Source of the DNA: Octopus vulgaris
Taxonomy: Eukaryota
Length of the DNA stretch: 64,000 bases
Reading direction: 5' to 3'
Assembly (NCBI GenBank): GCA_951406725.2
Contig: OX597821.1
Coordinates: forward strand, 99,076,001 to 99,140,000
Shown here: in pieces, positions 40,945-53,179 of the stretch
How the letters are laid out: each line of letters opens with the position of its first letter
Position numbering within the stretch: position 1 is the stretch's first letter
Made by a program: the position numbers and the translations under genes
The notes under the pieces: model-generated
Databases searched by the model: none
What the model was told of the DNA's origin: nothing
Seen by the model: only the letters and a program-made list of their open reading frames with translations

Positions 40945-41246
40945 ATATAAGGTATACTAGCCATCTCAATATGGCTAACCACTAAGGGTGGGTGTTACTG
41001 TAGCTTGTAACCCCAGGAGAACATCGTCTCCAGCTGGCTTTAGGCACACAGGCAAATACCTAGAAACTGCAGTCCGTGCGTATAACTTAGGTTGACGAGG
41101 GGGGGATGACCTCCCTTTGCAAATACCATAAGTGCACAGAAAGTGTGCCTAAAGCCAGCTGGAGATGATGTTCTCCTGGGGCTACAAGCTACAGCAACAC
41201 CCACCCTTAGTGGTTAGCCATATTGACATGGCTAGTATACCTTACA
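40945..41246. mobile_element. Fold-back element with ~103 bp arms and 12-bp flanking direct repeat
   Basis: TAAGGTATACTAGCC...GGCACAC / GTGTGCC...GGCTAGTATACCTTA; ATAATTTGAACT at 40933-40944 and 41246-41257. Confidence 0.85.
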
Positions 41247-41472
41247 TAATTTGAACTGTTTTCAAAGTATAGAAAAATATACAATCACTAGCATACCTGT
41301 GTCGTAAAAAAGGCTGATATTTTGTTAATGACAGAAAATAGCGCATTAGTACGATGGGAGAAACCCTTGGTAAATGTCAGCAATGGAGTAAATATGTACA
41401 TACACAGAATTGAATCACTTGAACAATCAGATACGGTTGTAACATCTTGCATGAAAATATTATATCCACGTA

Positions 41473-41522
<50 letters not shown>

Positions 41523-41721
41523 AAAAATTGTGAAGCATGACTGTCACCACTACTACATGAACCTGAAGATTGCATGATTTAATGCATGAAAGTACTAGTT
41601 CAATCAGAATGAACATTTAACATTCTATTATTTTATTTTATTTTATTACATTATCTTATATTATATCATTATAAAATTGTAAATAAAACGTGAAAATCAG
41701 ACAAGGTTGGAATTCCTTTTA

Positions 41722-41767
<46 letters not shown>

Positions 41768-41833
41768 ATAAACGCACACATATAAATATATGTGGATATA
41801 TATTATATGTGTGTATATGTATGCGTATATATA

Positions 41834-42937
41834 TTGGATCATCTCATAAATAATGCGGTATATAAAAAACCGCATTATTCTTTATTATTCAAAATTAAGA
41901 TGAATAAAGTTCTTTTTTAATTTACAATATACTCTCCTTCATTTTCTACAATGCTCCTCCATCTATCTGGTAGACTTGCAAGGACCCTCTTCCAAAATTC
42001 ACTTGTCCGTGATGAAAAATACTCCTCAAGTACTGTTCTGACCTCGTCTGCAGAGTTCATATTTTTTCTATCCAAATGACTCTGAAGACTGCAGAATAAA
42101 TGATAACCAGATGGGACAATTTCCAGCAAAAATGGTGGGTGGGGCATCGTTTCACATTCAAACTGCTTCAGTCTTTGAAATGTCATCCCCGCTGTATGTG
42201 GCCGAGCATTATCTTGATGGAAGAACACCATTTGTCTTGAAATCAAAGATGGTCGTTTTTCTTCTAGTACTGATTTAAGCTGCTCAAGCTACTCGCAGTA
42301 GATCTCCTTTGTTATGGTTTGGGTTTAAAAGTTCAAAGTGGACTAAACCTTTCATATCCCACCAAACAGATAACAACACCTTACATGGGTGAGGACCTTC
42401 TTTATCCAGGGGTGCCGATGTTTCTCTTTTCCTTACACACTGCCTTCGGTGTTTGACATTTTTATAGGGAAGCCATTTCGCGTCACTATTCGGTCCAAAA
42501 GTGGTTCATTCGTGAGACGCAACTGAAAAAGAAGGGGTCACATTCATTCTCTGTCCACGATTAAACTCGGAAAGTTTGTGAGGAACCCATCGAACCAATT
42601 TTCTTACTTTTTCCGATGGCACGCAGGTGTCAATGAATGGTTGAATGATTAAATCCAAGCTTCTCTGCTAGTTCCTCAACAGTTACGATGAGATTTTGCT
42701 CTGCCAAGGTTTGTAGGACGTCCTCCTCGAGCTCAGCAGATCTTTCAGGACGAGACTCTTCTTCTAGGCTATAATTTCCGGCAGGGAATTTCTGGAACCA
42801 CCGTTGACACTGGCTTACGCTTATTGTCCGATCCCCATATACTGCATTAATACCCCTTGCACTTTCGGTTGCGTTGTTGCCTTTATAAAGCAAAATATGC
42901 TGAATATGCTCCTTTGTCACTTCCATTGTGGTTTTCA
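41834..42937 (-). mobile_element. Mariner transposon remnant
   Basis: MEVTKEHIQHILLY, CQRWFQKF..GNYSLEEE.R, WVPHKL, KVLLSVWW, HQDNARPH, HPPFLLEIVPSGYHLF; frameshifts. Confidence 0.92.
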
Positions 42938-42978
42938 TACATATATACAAACATACAAATAAATATAAACAACATGTG

Positions 42979-43038
<60 letters not shown>

Positions 43039-43236
43039 CACTGGGCAAGTGTCCTCTGCTATAGCCTAGGGTCGACCAAGGTGTTTTGAGTGCATTTGAT
43101 AGACGGAAGTTGGAAGAAGCCCGTCGTATATATACATACATACATACATACATACATACAAACATACATACATACATACATACATACATACATACATACA
43201 TACATACATACATACATACATACATACATACATACA

Positions 43237-43270
<34 letters not shown>

Positions 43271-43514
43271 CATACATATACAATGGGGCGGAAATAAATA
43301 ATCGAGCACGTCAAAATTCTTTATTTATTTAATTTCTAATGAACATAAATGGGATATACCAATACTATATTTGCATACACATGCATAAACTAAGAATATG
43401 CAAAAGAAACTAATAAATTATATTAACAAATGAATTTATATACAATTATTAATATTGAGGGGTAAAAAAAGTATTCGTAAGAATAAATTTATGATTTTCT
43501 ATGCCATAAAATAC

Positions 43515-43805
43515 TGTTAAAACGGCCACGATCGGATGGTACTTTTTACGTGCCACCGGCACGGGGGCCGGTCGGGGCGGCGCTGGCAACGGCCACGTTC
43601 GGATGGTTCTCTTACGTGCCATCGGCACTGGTATCACAGCTACAATTTCCATTGATGTTGATTGATTTCGATTTTGGTTTTGATTTTCATTTTTTCATTT
43701 TTTCATTTTCACTTGCCTCAACAGGTCTTCACAAGTAGGGTTTGTGTCACAAGAAGGAAAGCTATGCATAAGTGGGCTGGCTACGTCCCAGGTAGAGGCC
43801 ATGGT
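43515..43805 (-). mobile_element. SINE/LINE-end fragment with tandem GGCACGTAA..ACCATCCGA units
   Basis: Two imperfect ~70 bp units; related scrap at 20885-21045. Confidence 0.45.
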
Positions 43806-44167
43806 CCCATGTTTATGTGTTGAATTATGTATATGTCTATACATATGTGTGGGTACGTATGTGCATATACATATTCACAAATATGAATTCTTTCTTTCTT
43901 TTCATACTTATCACTAACCTATCACATATGTCTATTTATAGCAACTTCTTTATATTCTTCATTCCACCTCAATTTTTACTGCCAAAACTAAATACCCACC
44001 TATATATCACTCCACCCTTACCTTCTCTCTACTTTTTCTATAACCATCTCTTAATGCAACTCTATTACACCACCCCTACTCACATACCTCATACTCTTTT
44101 ACTCCTTATCCTCTCTCCCCTCACCTCTCCCTTCCTCCTATCACTTTATCCTGACCATGTATGCATG

Positions 44168-44224
<57 letters not shown>

Positions 44225-44225
44225 G

Positions 44226-44257
<32 letters not shown>

Positions 44258-44389
44258 CATGCACACCAGTGTAACACACATCTGTGTGCATGCATATAGT
44301 GAGCAGATGCATAAGCGCAGGCACACACCTGCGCGCGCATGCATATAAACTCGTGTGACAAGGGGTGACAGTATGCGGGTAGACAAGCA

Positions 44390-46660
44390 TGAAGAAGTGG
44401 TGGGAATTAGTGATTTGCAGTGCTGTTCCTGAGGATTAGCTGGTAACGGAGACCTTGGTGCAGGCGGTGCAGGAAGTGGCTGGTATTAAGGAGTTATATC
44501 CGGGTTGTCAGCGACCAGTGGCTTGAAATTTATCAGAAAGGTGTACCGCTGGTGACAGCAATACGACACCTCATATTTCTTGTTGATGGATACTGCGGGT
44601 TGGCAGACGATATGCAGTCTTTCGCGGAAGCAAAGCTGACAATTACGGTCGCCGAGTGAACATGGTGGTACCCTGTCGATAACAGTCCACTTGATGCTGG
44701 ATGTTTCATCTCGGAGATCACAATGTCTCCAGAGAAAGCGCAACAGGGAAGTGGAGTTTTCTCTGTCCCTGGATCAAAATGAATGCAAGTGCTGGGAGTA
44801 CCTTCCCGTGAAAACATTGGCTGGCATGCCCGTATAGGGCCTAGTAATGCCATCGGATGGTATAAAGGTGGCTCTGTATATTACAGCCCTTGAGATGCAG
44901 AATCCTCCCAGAGGGCAGGTGGTAGAGTTTCGGAAGTTGTAGGTTGGGGTTGAGGTTGTGTGAATGCGTTTTTACGTCTGTTGATGCGTGCGATGTTAGA
45001 TGCGATGTTGTCTAAGCAGGAGTAGCTTACCATGACATTATGGGGGTTGAAGAGTTTGTAATACTTGTGGCCTCTGAGGAAATGTCTTTTTTTTATTAAC
45101 GACTTTGGTAGAAACTTCTAGGTCACATGGAGTGAGGTGTTATATCAGATAATTTTCCTTTTCTTAATTCTCTTGTGGCGAGATGGGGTGAAGTTCGTTA
45201 TAGCGTATTTGGATGGCATACTCATAAAAGAATGAGTCTAAAGACCTGTATAAGGACTGTCAAGATTGATCCCTAAGTACAATGAACTGTTAGAGGCTTC
45301 AGTAATAGCAGCACTAAAATTCGAAACAGAAATAAATAATATATATATTCTGCAATGTAGTGCACGAACTATCGGTCACATTAGACGAATTAAAAATTAA
45401 AGCAGAGAAAGATGTGTTTATAAATAAAATGAAGTATTTCAATATAGGTGACAGTGTTTTTTAAAAAATATAAAAATAACAAAGAAAGTTGGGAAGAAGA
45501 AAAAAATAACCAAACATTTAGGAAGAATAACATATAGGATAAAAGGGCATACGTGGAAATAGAAGAGACATCTGAACGAAATAAAAAAAAAAAAGATTTT
45601 CAAAAGAAAAAATAAGGCAGGAAGAATTGTTTGATGTTCCGATACCGCAAGAAACGGTTGAACCAGCGTAGGAAAAGAAAACGGACGGAAATGTTGAAAA
45701 TTGAACCAAAAAGAAAAAAATATTCCAATTTCTCCCCGAGGAAGTAAAAATAAAAAAGGTGGGGGAGAAAGGTAGTAATAAATAAAAGTATTAACTCTCA
45801 GAGAAAGTCAAACTTAAAAAGGGGAGATGTTGTGGTGGAATCCAAACACTCCCGTGAATGAACTGTTCTAAATTGTATAAGAACGCATGCGTGCTGGAGA
45901 TACAAAAAACAGTGCGGTACGTGTAGACATGGTAAAAACAGTCGCTAGAAGTCATTTGAGAAGAGATATCGGAATTAGGTATTGGTGAATTGATAGTGTT
46001 AAATGCTGATGCCAGAAATCCGTAATCACAATAAAACATCATAACAAAAAAGTTAGGGCCTTCAGAAGGAAAGGATTAGATGTGGCAGGGTGAAAGTCAA
46101 CAATGTGGAACTGGGTGAATTTGCAGGCTGATTTATTATCGATACAGTCGATCACATCTGCGCTGGAGTTCCAGTAATTCAACCCTGTGGCCCTGCTAAT
46201 ATCGGAGTTGATAGTATCGAAAATGCGCTTGCCAATGATAACCTATCTCGCTTTTGAAGGGGTTGATCAGTCTGCATTTTGGGTTGGAATGTGAGGATGC
46301 GCTTGCCAATGATACCTATCTCGCTTTTGTAGGGATCGATCAGCTTGCATTTTGGGTTGGAATGGAAATTAGGCTTATGGTCCTTAAGTGTAATATGAAG
46401 GGAAGGTCGCTTGGCGAGGCGGTCCACACGATCCTCTATCTTAAGGCGGGTAGCTAGCTCCTTTGTTTCTGTGTTTATGTCATTATATGTTGAATTACGG
46501 GTATTTTTGTATGTTTCGATGATGGCGCTAATGAGGAGTCTTCAATGTGTGAAAGTGTTTGTTTCATAAATATTTTTTGTTTTGTCTGCGAGGATGTGTA
46601 GGTTGGGTGACTGTTTAATACTGATCATATAGTCATTTAAGGAGTTAAGGAAGGGGTTAG
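44390..46660 (-). mobile_element. Naiad-type Penelope-like retroelement remnant (RT N-part plus GIY-YIG), internally deleted and interrupted
   Basis: ITLKDHKPNFHSNPKCKLIDPYKSEIG; FNPHNVMVSYSCLDN; CPLGGFCISRAVIYRAT; CQLCFRERLHI..INKKYEVSYCCH. ~70 bp tandem duplication at 46221-46360. Confidence 0.85.
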
Positions 46661-46752
46661 AATACACATACCCACATATAAGGCATAAAAAGGAAAGGGA
46701 AAATAGAAGTGTAGACGTTACATCATTTCAAGTTGGTACATACATCCAATAA

Positions 46753-46847
46753 GAACTCTACAAGTTGTTTCCAGGCCGAATTGATTCAAAAACAAAACGA
46801 AATATAATCCTCTTGAAATCACAAATTAGGCTTTTCCTCAGGAATTC
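46753..46847 (-). ncRNA. Type I hammerhead motif with long stem II
   Basis: GAATTC-CTGAGGA-[~60 nt stem-loop AAAGCC..GGCCTG]-GAAA-CAACTTG-TA|GAGTTC; helix I GAATTC/GAGTTC, helix III ACAA/TTGT. Confidence 0.55.
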
Positions 46848-47277
46848 GTTATTGGAATGAATGAGTTCTACCAACAAATGAAGACCTTTACAATAGCCCA
46901 GAAAGGAACAAACAATTAAATTACGATAGAAAGAAATTAACAGAACGCCAGATCGATCAAAAACCGAAAAATAAATACACTTCAGCTTTAATTCAAATGA
47001 CTTCCCAATTTATAAATATTTGTCAATGACATTTGCAGTTACCGTCTATACCAAAACAAAATAGACAATCAACCTACAGATAAGTTAACGGAAAACAAAA
47101 TAAACTATAGAATTATAAATAAACTAAGAATTACAGTGTTAACTAGTTGAAAAATTAAAAACCAATATATTATCCACTAGAACATAATCAATACAATAAT
47201 TCAAAGTTAATAATGTATGCATTTGTGTGTGCGTCTGTGTATGTATGTGTGTTTATGTATGTATGTATGTATGTATG

Positions 47278-47308
<31 letters not shown>

Positions 47309-47309
47309 T

Positions 47310-47406
47310 GAATTCCTGAGGAAAAGCCTAATCTTTGATTTCAAAAGTATTATATTTCGTTTTGTTTTGTATTAATTAGGCTTGGAAAGAACTTTTTACA
47401 AGTTTT
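47310..47406 (+). ncRNA. Inverted, more degenerate copy of the long-stem-II hammerhead motif
   Basis: GAATTC-CTGAGGA-AAAGCCTAAT...ATTAGGCTTG-GAAAG; 3' part decayed. Confidence 0.35.
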
Positions 47407-47563
47407 TATTGGAATAAAATAACATCTGCACTTCTATTTTTCCTTTTTATGTTTTATTTATTGTACCAATATTGAATGCATATATTTATATATATTCTTT
47501 GCTTTAGATTGAACCTGCGAACTTGGATCTTTAATATCTCTTTGAAGGAATTAGGTCCTTACT

Positions 47564-47668
<105 letters not shown>

Positions 47669-47669
47669 T

Positions 47670-47709
<40 letters not shown>

Positions 47710-47765
47710 ACAATTTAACAAATAAATCATATGCATACATACCTACATTTATATGTATATATACA

Positions 47766-47807
<42 letters not shown>

Positions 47808-47876
47808 GGTGCCCCAGCATGGCCACAGCTCGTGAGCTGAAACTAGATAAAATTTTAAAAAATAAAAAATTAAAAA

Positions 47877-47920
<44 letters not shown>

Positions 47921-47923
<3 letters not shown>

Positions 47924-48275
47924 TACAAGACACCACAAATAAACGTAGAACACAACGAGAAACGAAAACATAAAAACAAACAAGGAAACGGACTCTTTTT
48001 AACAACGAAAAAACAGAGTACAAGACAAACAATACAAGGAATATTCCCCTTCATCAGCTGCCCCTGTTTCGGCTCAATGCGTGTTTCGAAGGTAAGGGCA
48101 GAACACGATCCGGCCGAAGCAATCCTTCCAGCAAAATGAATTAAATAAAATTCTTTTGCAGAGGGGTAAAAAAAGAAAAAAAGTGACAAGAACAGGACGT
48201 AAAGACAATACAAATAAAAATACAGTACACCTAAAGAATAAAAACAGGACAAGGAAACCAACATTGAGGGCTTTT
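47921..48275 (-). mobile_element. Short repeat family C carrying the permuted hammerhead (probable PLE terminal repeat)
   Basis: Homologous to 49601-49860; abuts (AT)n. Confidence 0.55.
48046..48122 (-). ncRNA. Non-circularly permuted hammerhead ribozyme motif, copy 1 (intact core)
   Basis: Minus strand reads CGTG-U-U|CTGCCCT-TA-CCTTC-GAAA-CACG ... GGGGCAG-CTGATGA-AGGGG; helix I CTGCCCT/GGGGCAG, helix III CGTGT/ACACG. Confidence 0.7.
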
Positions 48276-48329
48276 TTAAGCTTATATATACGTGAGAAAT
48301 GAGATTGCACGAATAAGCAACAAATGCAG

Positions 48330-49140
48330 CGAAGTGACCGACAAAGTCACCAACACCAAGCAGTTCCTCAGAGACCTAATCCTGAATGGCTACCCACCAT
48401 CTTTAGCCAAACCTAAAGAACATCAGGGTCAATAAATCCCGGAAGAACCCTCATACTCCTAAGTCCGATATGTACTTCCTAAAGCTACCACGTCTTGATG
48501 ACAGAACTACTGCTGCGATAAAACATACAGTCTGCAGGGAGGGGCTCGACATACAGATATTACACACCGATCCATTCCTGAGAAAAGTTCTGAACACGAA
48601 CAACATCTTTCACAACATTGAGGAGGGAGTGTACATTATCAAATTGCTCCATCAAAGACTCCAAAATGTGCCAGAGGACCTACGTTGTATACGAGGTCAG
48701 CTGCGGCAAATGTGATGCATCCTACATAGGAAGCACAAGAAAACTACACATACGCATAAAAGAACACATACAGACAGACACTTCGGTGAAGAGACATCTA
48801 CAAAGATGCCAGACCCGACAGTTCACAGTTCACATCGGCGCAACCTTAGAATCTCCGAAGCCATATTAATACACTAACGGAAGCCGACTATCAACAAAAG
48901 AAGAGAGTTACGTGAAGCTAACTGGTTGCTTTAACAACAACCTTCTGCGCATGTCCACTCCCCACATATTCACACACATGTACATCTGCAACATTCGCTA
49001 ATTCCTGAAGAGAGGGTCATAACCCAGAAATATTGATTGCAGGGTAAGTCACCATTCATTCAAATGCCTCTTTTCTTGTGATTTACCTGGGATTTATTTC
49101 GCATTATTCCAGTGTTACCCACGAATTTTATATAATATAT
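48330..49140 (+). mobile_element. Penelope-like element 3' remnant (GIY-YIG endonuclease)
   Basis: LILNGYP, C..C...C.RTYVVYEVSCGKCDASYIGSTRKLHIRIKEH..SVKRHL, PTINKREE. Confidence 0.85.
48999..49039 (+). ncRNA. Degenerate minimal hammerhead motif 3' of the PLE GIY-YIG remnant
   Basis: TAATTC-CTGAAGA-GA-GGGT-CATA-ACCC-A-GAAATATT-GATTG, positioned where PLE terminal-repeat ribozymes normally lie. Confidence 0.4.
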
Positions 49141-49184
49141 CCTAACAATGCTTCATACTAACTATATATATATATATATATATA

Positions 49185-49495
49185 TCCACGTGACCACGTG
49201 ACCGACCAGGCTATCAGATATTGCTACACATCGCTGGTCACAATGCGCTTCGCATTGTTTTAGCCTTCAAATGACGCCACCCCGTTGGCTAAGCGAGCAG
49301 GCCAACAGAAGAAAGAGTGAGAGAAAGTTGCGGCGAAAGAGTACAGTAGGGGTTGCCACCACCCCCTGCCGGAGCCTCGTGGAGCTTTAAGTGTTTTCGC
49401 TCAATAAAGACATACAACGCACGGTCTGGGAATCGAAACCGCGATCCTCTGACCGTCAGTCTGCTGCCCTAACCACTGGGCCATTGCGCCTCCAC
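49185..49495 (-). mobile_element. tRNA-Arg-like SINE with a different 3' module
   Basis: Head and body match 26379-26550, then diverge. Confidence 0.85.
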
Positions 49496-49600
49496 ATATA
49501 TATATTTGCATATATACATATATGTATATTGCGCCATTGCGCCTCCACATATATATATATATTTGCATATATACATATATGTATATATACATGCATATAT

Positions 49601-49860
49601 GGGTACAGGACATTAAAAAAAACGTTGAACACAATGAGGAACGAGACATGCAACATAAAGAATATTCCCCTTCATCATTTGTCCCTGTTTCATCAACTCC
49701 GCGTGTTGAAGGTAAGGACAATACGCGACTTCGTTGAAACAGTCCTTCCCGCAAAGCAAATTAAATAGAATTTGGAATTTTTTGCGGAGGGTGAAAGTGG
49801 TAACAAGAACAGGACAGTGAGAATAAGACAGTAAAAAAAAAACCGGTGAGGGCTGTTAAG
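49601..49860 (-). mobile_element. Short repeat family C, second subfamily
   Basis: Homologous to 47921-48275. Confidence 0.55.
49667..49742 (-). ncRNA. Non-circularly permuted hammerhead motif, copy 2 (core degenerate)
   Basis: CGCG-U-A|TTGTCCT-TA-CCTTC-AACA-CGCG ... GGGACAA-ATGATGA-AGGGG; compensatory changes in helices I and III versus copy 1. Confidence 0.6.
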
Positions 49861-50912
49861 CCAAGACGATAGAAAAATTATTATGAATGTGTCATTTCCA
49901 AAAAAAAAAATCCCGTTGTTGAGCAGCTACTGTCTGCACTTCAACCACAGTTTGTTTTCTCGTATTAGCAGTTTCATGGTAGTGGCATCGTATCTTGTAA
50001 CATGGCCCTGTGTCCTTGAGGACAGTTTTTCCTGGCCTTGGGGTGAAACGAGTACCGTTCACATGGGATAAGTGTCTCTATGCCAGCAGGTACCCTTTAC
50101 ATAGAACTTCCAGACTGGTTGAACTTTCTTTTTACCAGAACCTTTGTATTCGCAAGTTCTAATTCGTTTTCCTTTTGTTTCTGCTCCCACCTTAGGCCCA
50201 TATCCATTCTCAGCTTGCCTGCTTGCTTGTGTCTTCGTCTTCATCTTTGGCTTCTCCCGGAAGACTTTCACTTTATTGCTGTTGTTCTCCTCTGCACATC
50301 TTTTACTTCTTTTATTTCTCCTGGTGAACTTTGCTTTGTTCTTCCCTCACAACAACATCCTGACCCTTCTCAGATTCCATTGAGATACTGGTTTCTTTTT
50401 CATCCTTTTGTGTTTTCGACTCCTATTTAAATATTTTGTCTAGTAACTCCATATTCGATAGAATTAAGGCATATGAATGACCTCATTCTTTTTGCTCTCG
50501 GCAAAAATCAAAGCTCTTCAAGGTTTCTGCAATTAGAGAGTTTTTGGCGGTGATCCTTCTGCGAGGCTTCATGCGAGTAGCATTGCCTTAATTGCCTCAA
50601 ACCGCCAGTTATCCTGTATTTTGAAGTTTATGCTGTCTTTGGTGTAGTTGGTTTTGCTGAGGTCCATGTTGATGAGATAATGAGGAAAAAAGGTTTGGAA
50701 GAGGTAGAGACAGATGTGAAGAGAGAGAGAAAAGAGAGAGCGGGTAATGAAGAAGGCAGAGAGAGAGAGAAATGGAAAGGGAGAGAGACCGCTCCCGCGA
50801 GAGAGAGAGAGAGAGAAAGAGATGTAAAGGTAGTGAAGAAAGCAGAGAGAAAGAAGAGCAAGAAAGAGAAATGTAAAGATAGTGAGGAAAGCAGAACGAG
50901 GAGACTGCAAGA

Positions 50913-51107
50913 TGTGACCGCGTGTGTACCGTTGGCGAATTTTTTCCTCTGTCTTTCCTTCTCTGGATCTTTCCTTCTCCTATGTTTCCGACGAAGAGCT
51001 CCGCTCGAAACGTTAAACCCTCCTTCTTTCCTGGGCGTCCAATAATACTATATTTGTTCCACGTCCTCGCGTTGTTGTGTTTTTGTGCTTTCTTGTTTGG
51101 ATTAACT
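50913..51107 (+). mobile_element. Penelope-like terminal-repeat derivative, family B
   Basis: See 5576-5789. Confidence 0.65.
50984..51018 (+). ncRNA. Minimal hammerhead motif, CCGACGA variant
   Basis: GTTT-CCGACGA-A-GAGC-TCC-GCTC-GAAAC-GTT|AAAC. Confidence 0.6.
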
Positions 51108-51120
51108 ATATATATGTATG

Positions 51121-51173
<53 letters not shown>

Positions 51174-51269
51174 CGGGAAGCTTACGAAAATAAACAAAAG
51201 ACGAAGGCAGGTGGAGTACAAACAAACAATTGTATTAGTATGGCGCTCAGGAATAGAAATAAAACAAGC

Positions 51270-51305
51270 CTTTTACGTTTCGAGCCTACGCTCTTCAACA
51301 GAAAG
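51270..51305 (-). ncRNA. Minimal hammerhead-like motif, CUGUYGA variant
   Basis: Same motif as 3061-3097. Confidence 0.5.
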
Positions 51306-51518
51306 ATACACTATATATATGGAAATGGTGAAACATATGAATCAATCTCAATGCAATTATTGATAAAGAGAGAGATTTAAAAGATGGATCTTTTTAGGGT
51401 AAGAGAAAGGAAGATAAAGGGACAATAAGCGTAAGAGAGGGTAAAAGAGACAGAGAGCGAAGAGGAAAGAAAAACAAAAAGAAACAGACAGATAAATTGA
51501 TATACATGGAAATTCACT

Positions 51519-51607
<89 letters not shown>

Positions 51608-51690
51608 GGACAAGCAGATAGATAGATAGATGGACAGTCAGACAGACAGACAGACAGACAAACAGGCAAGCAGGCAGGCAGGCAGGCAGG

Positions 51691-51750
<60 letters not shown>
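51519..51750. repeat. (GATA)n/(GACA)n/(GGCA)n microsatellite
   Basis: Directly visible. Confidence 0.95.
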
Positions 51751-51751
<1 letters not shown>

Positions 51752-51933
51752 CTTTTCAGCTCGATGAAAAGAAAGAGAAGCGTGTGCAATTAAATATCGT
51801 CTCGCTTGATTGTTGCAAAAGACATATGTAGTTGATTAATTAACTATTATTTTGTCTGAATTTTGCAAATATATACACGAGGGCCTATTTGTGTTTAGTT
51901 TTGCAAATAATTATACGAGAAGATATATATACA

Positions 51934-52335
51934 GGCGCAGGAGTGGCTGTGTGGTAAGTAGCTTGCCTACCAACCACATGGTTCTGGGTTCAGTCCCACT
52001 GCGTGGCATCTTGGGCAAGTGTCTTCTGCTATAGCCCCGGGCCGACTAATGCCTTGTGAGTGGATTTGGTAGACGGAAACTGAAAGAAGCCTGTCGTACA
52101 TATGTATAAATATATATATGTATGTGTGTGTGTCTGTGTTTGTCCCCCTAGCATTACTTGACAACCGATGCTGGTGTGTTTACATCCCCGTCACTTAGCG
52201 GTTCGGCAAAAGAAACCGATAGAATAAGTACTGGGCTTACAAAGAATAAGTCCCGAGGTCGATTTGCTCGACTAAAGGCGGTGCTCCAGCATGGCCGCAG
52301 TCAAATGACTGAAACAAGTAAAAGAGTAAAAGAGT
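51934..52335 (+). mobile_element. CORE-type SINE
   Basis: Same family. Confidence 0.9.
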
Positions 52336-53179
52336 ATACGTGATGTTTACTTTTTTATGATTACTTTCGCCTGAAAATCTATGAACATGAGAATCTATAT
52401 ATATATACGTTGCCTCAAAAACTGCAAAAATGCATACGTGATGCACGTTTGTTTTTCAATGAAGGGAAAAGCTAGATGAGAAAAAAAAAACTTACTATAC
52501 ATTTATCGGTATGTGAAAGTCCGATAAATGTAGCCGCTTTGAAACACGGAAATAATTTTACCTCAAGACTTCGACTTTTGATAACTTTCAGTGATTAATT
52601 AAACAAAAATTGCATACATACGTTTGTTCTTGTATTATTCTAAGAAAATGAAATATTATACCATGTAAGCTGGAAACTTAATTTTTGTTTTGAAAGTTTT
52701 TTTTGTTTTTGTTGTTTTTTTTCTCTCAGACGTTCAGAACCACGTTGTTGGTCGAAGATGATAAGTGTCGCAGGAATATTCAGCGAATTGCCCGTTATCA
52801 CGACGATTCGCTAGAATATTGCCCACGTGATCAACAAAATTAGACAAATCACGATTTCTCGACGAATAGGCTCCAGTAATGATATTTTCTTTCGACGCGC
52901 TTCATTTTGAGCCTATCGACCAGTATAAATTCAGTATAAATCCAGTATAAATTCACTAGACAGAGTGCATTGAGATACAGCAGAGAGAACATTGACAAAC
53001 AGAGATGGAGGACAGCAGCTGACAACACAAAGGCAATGAACAGCCAGCGGACGAACAACATAAGAAATCAGCCGGCAAGCAACAAACCATATTTTATCTG
53101 CTGCTACAGCTACACCAAGAACAAAAACCCTCTCGACGTTTTGTCGTTTGTAATAACGACACCTATCATTCCTTGTGTT

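Noticed and set aside
44390-46660. Selenocysteine-recoded Naiad ORF
   Set aside because: Copy is too decayed (frameshifts, all stop types) to distinguish Sec UGA codons, and no SECIS was identified.
49880-50910. Host gene or LINE ORF1 starting MDLSKTNY
   Set aside because: Fragmented frames and only a vague zinc-knuckle resemblance; probably a retroelement 5' remnant but not supportable.
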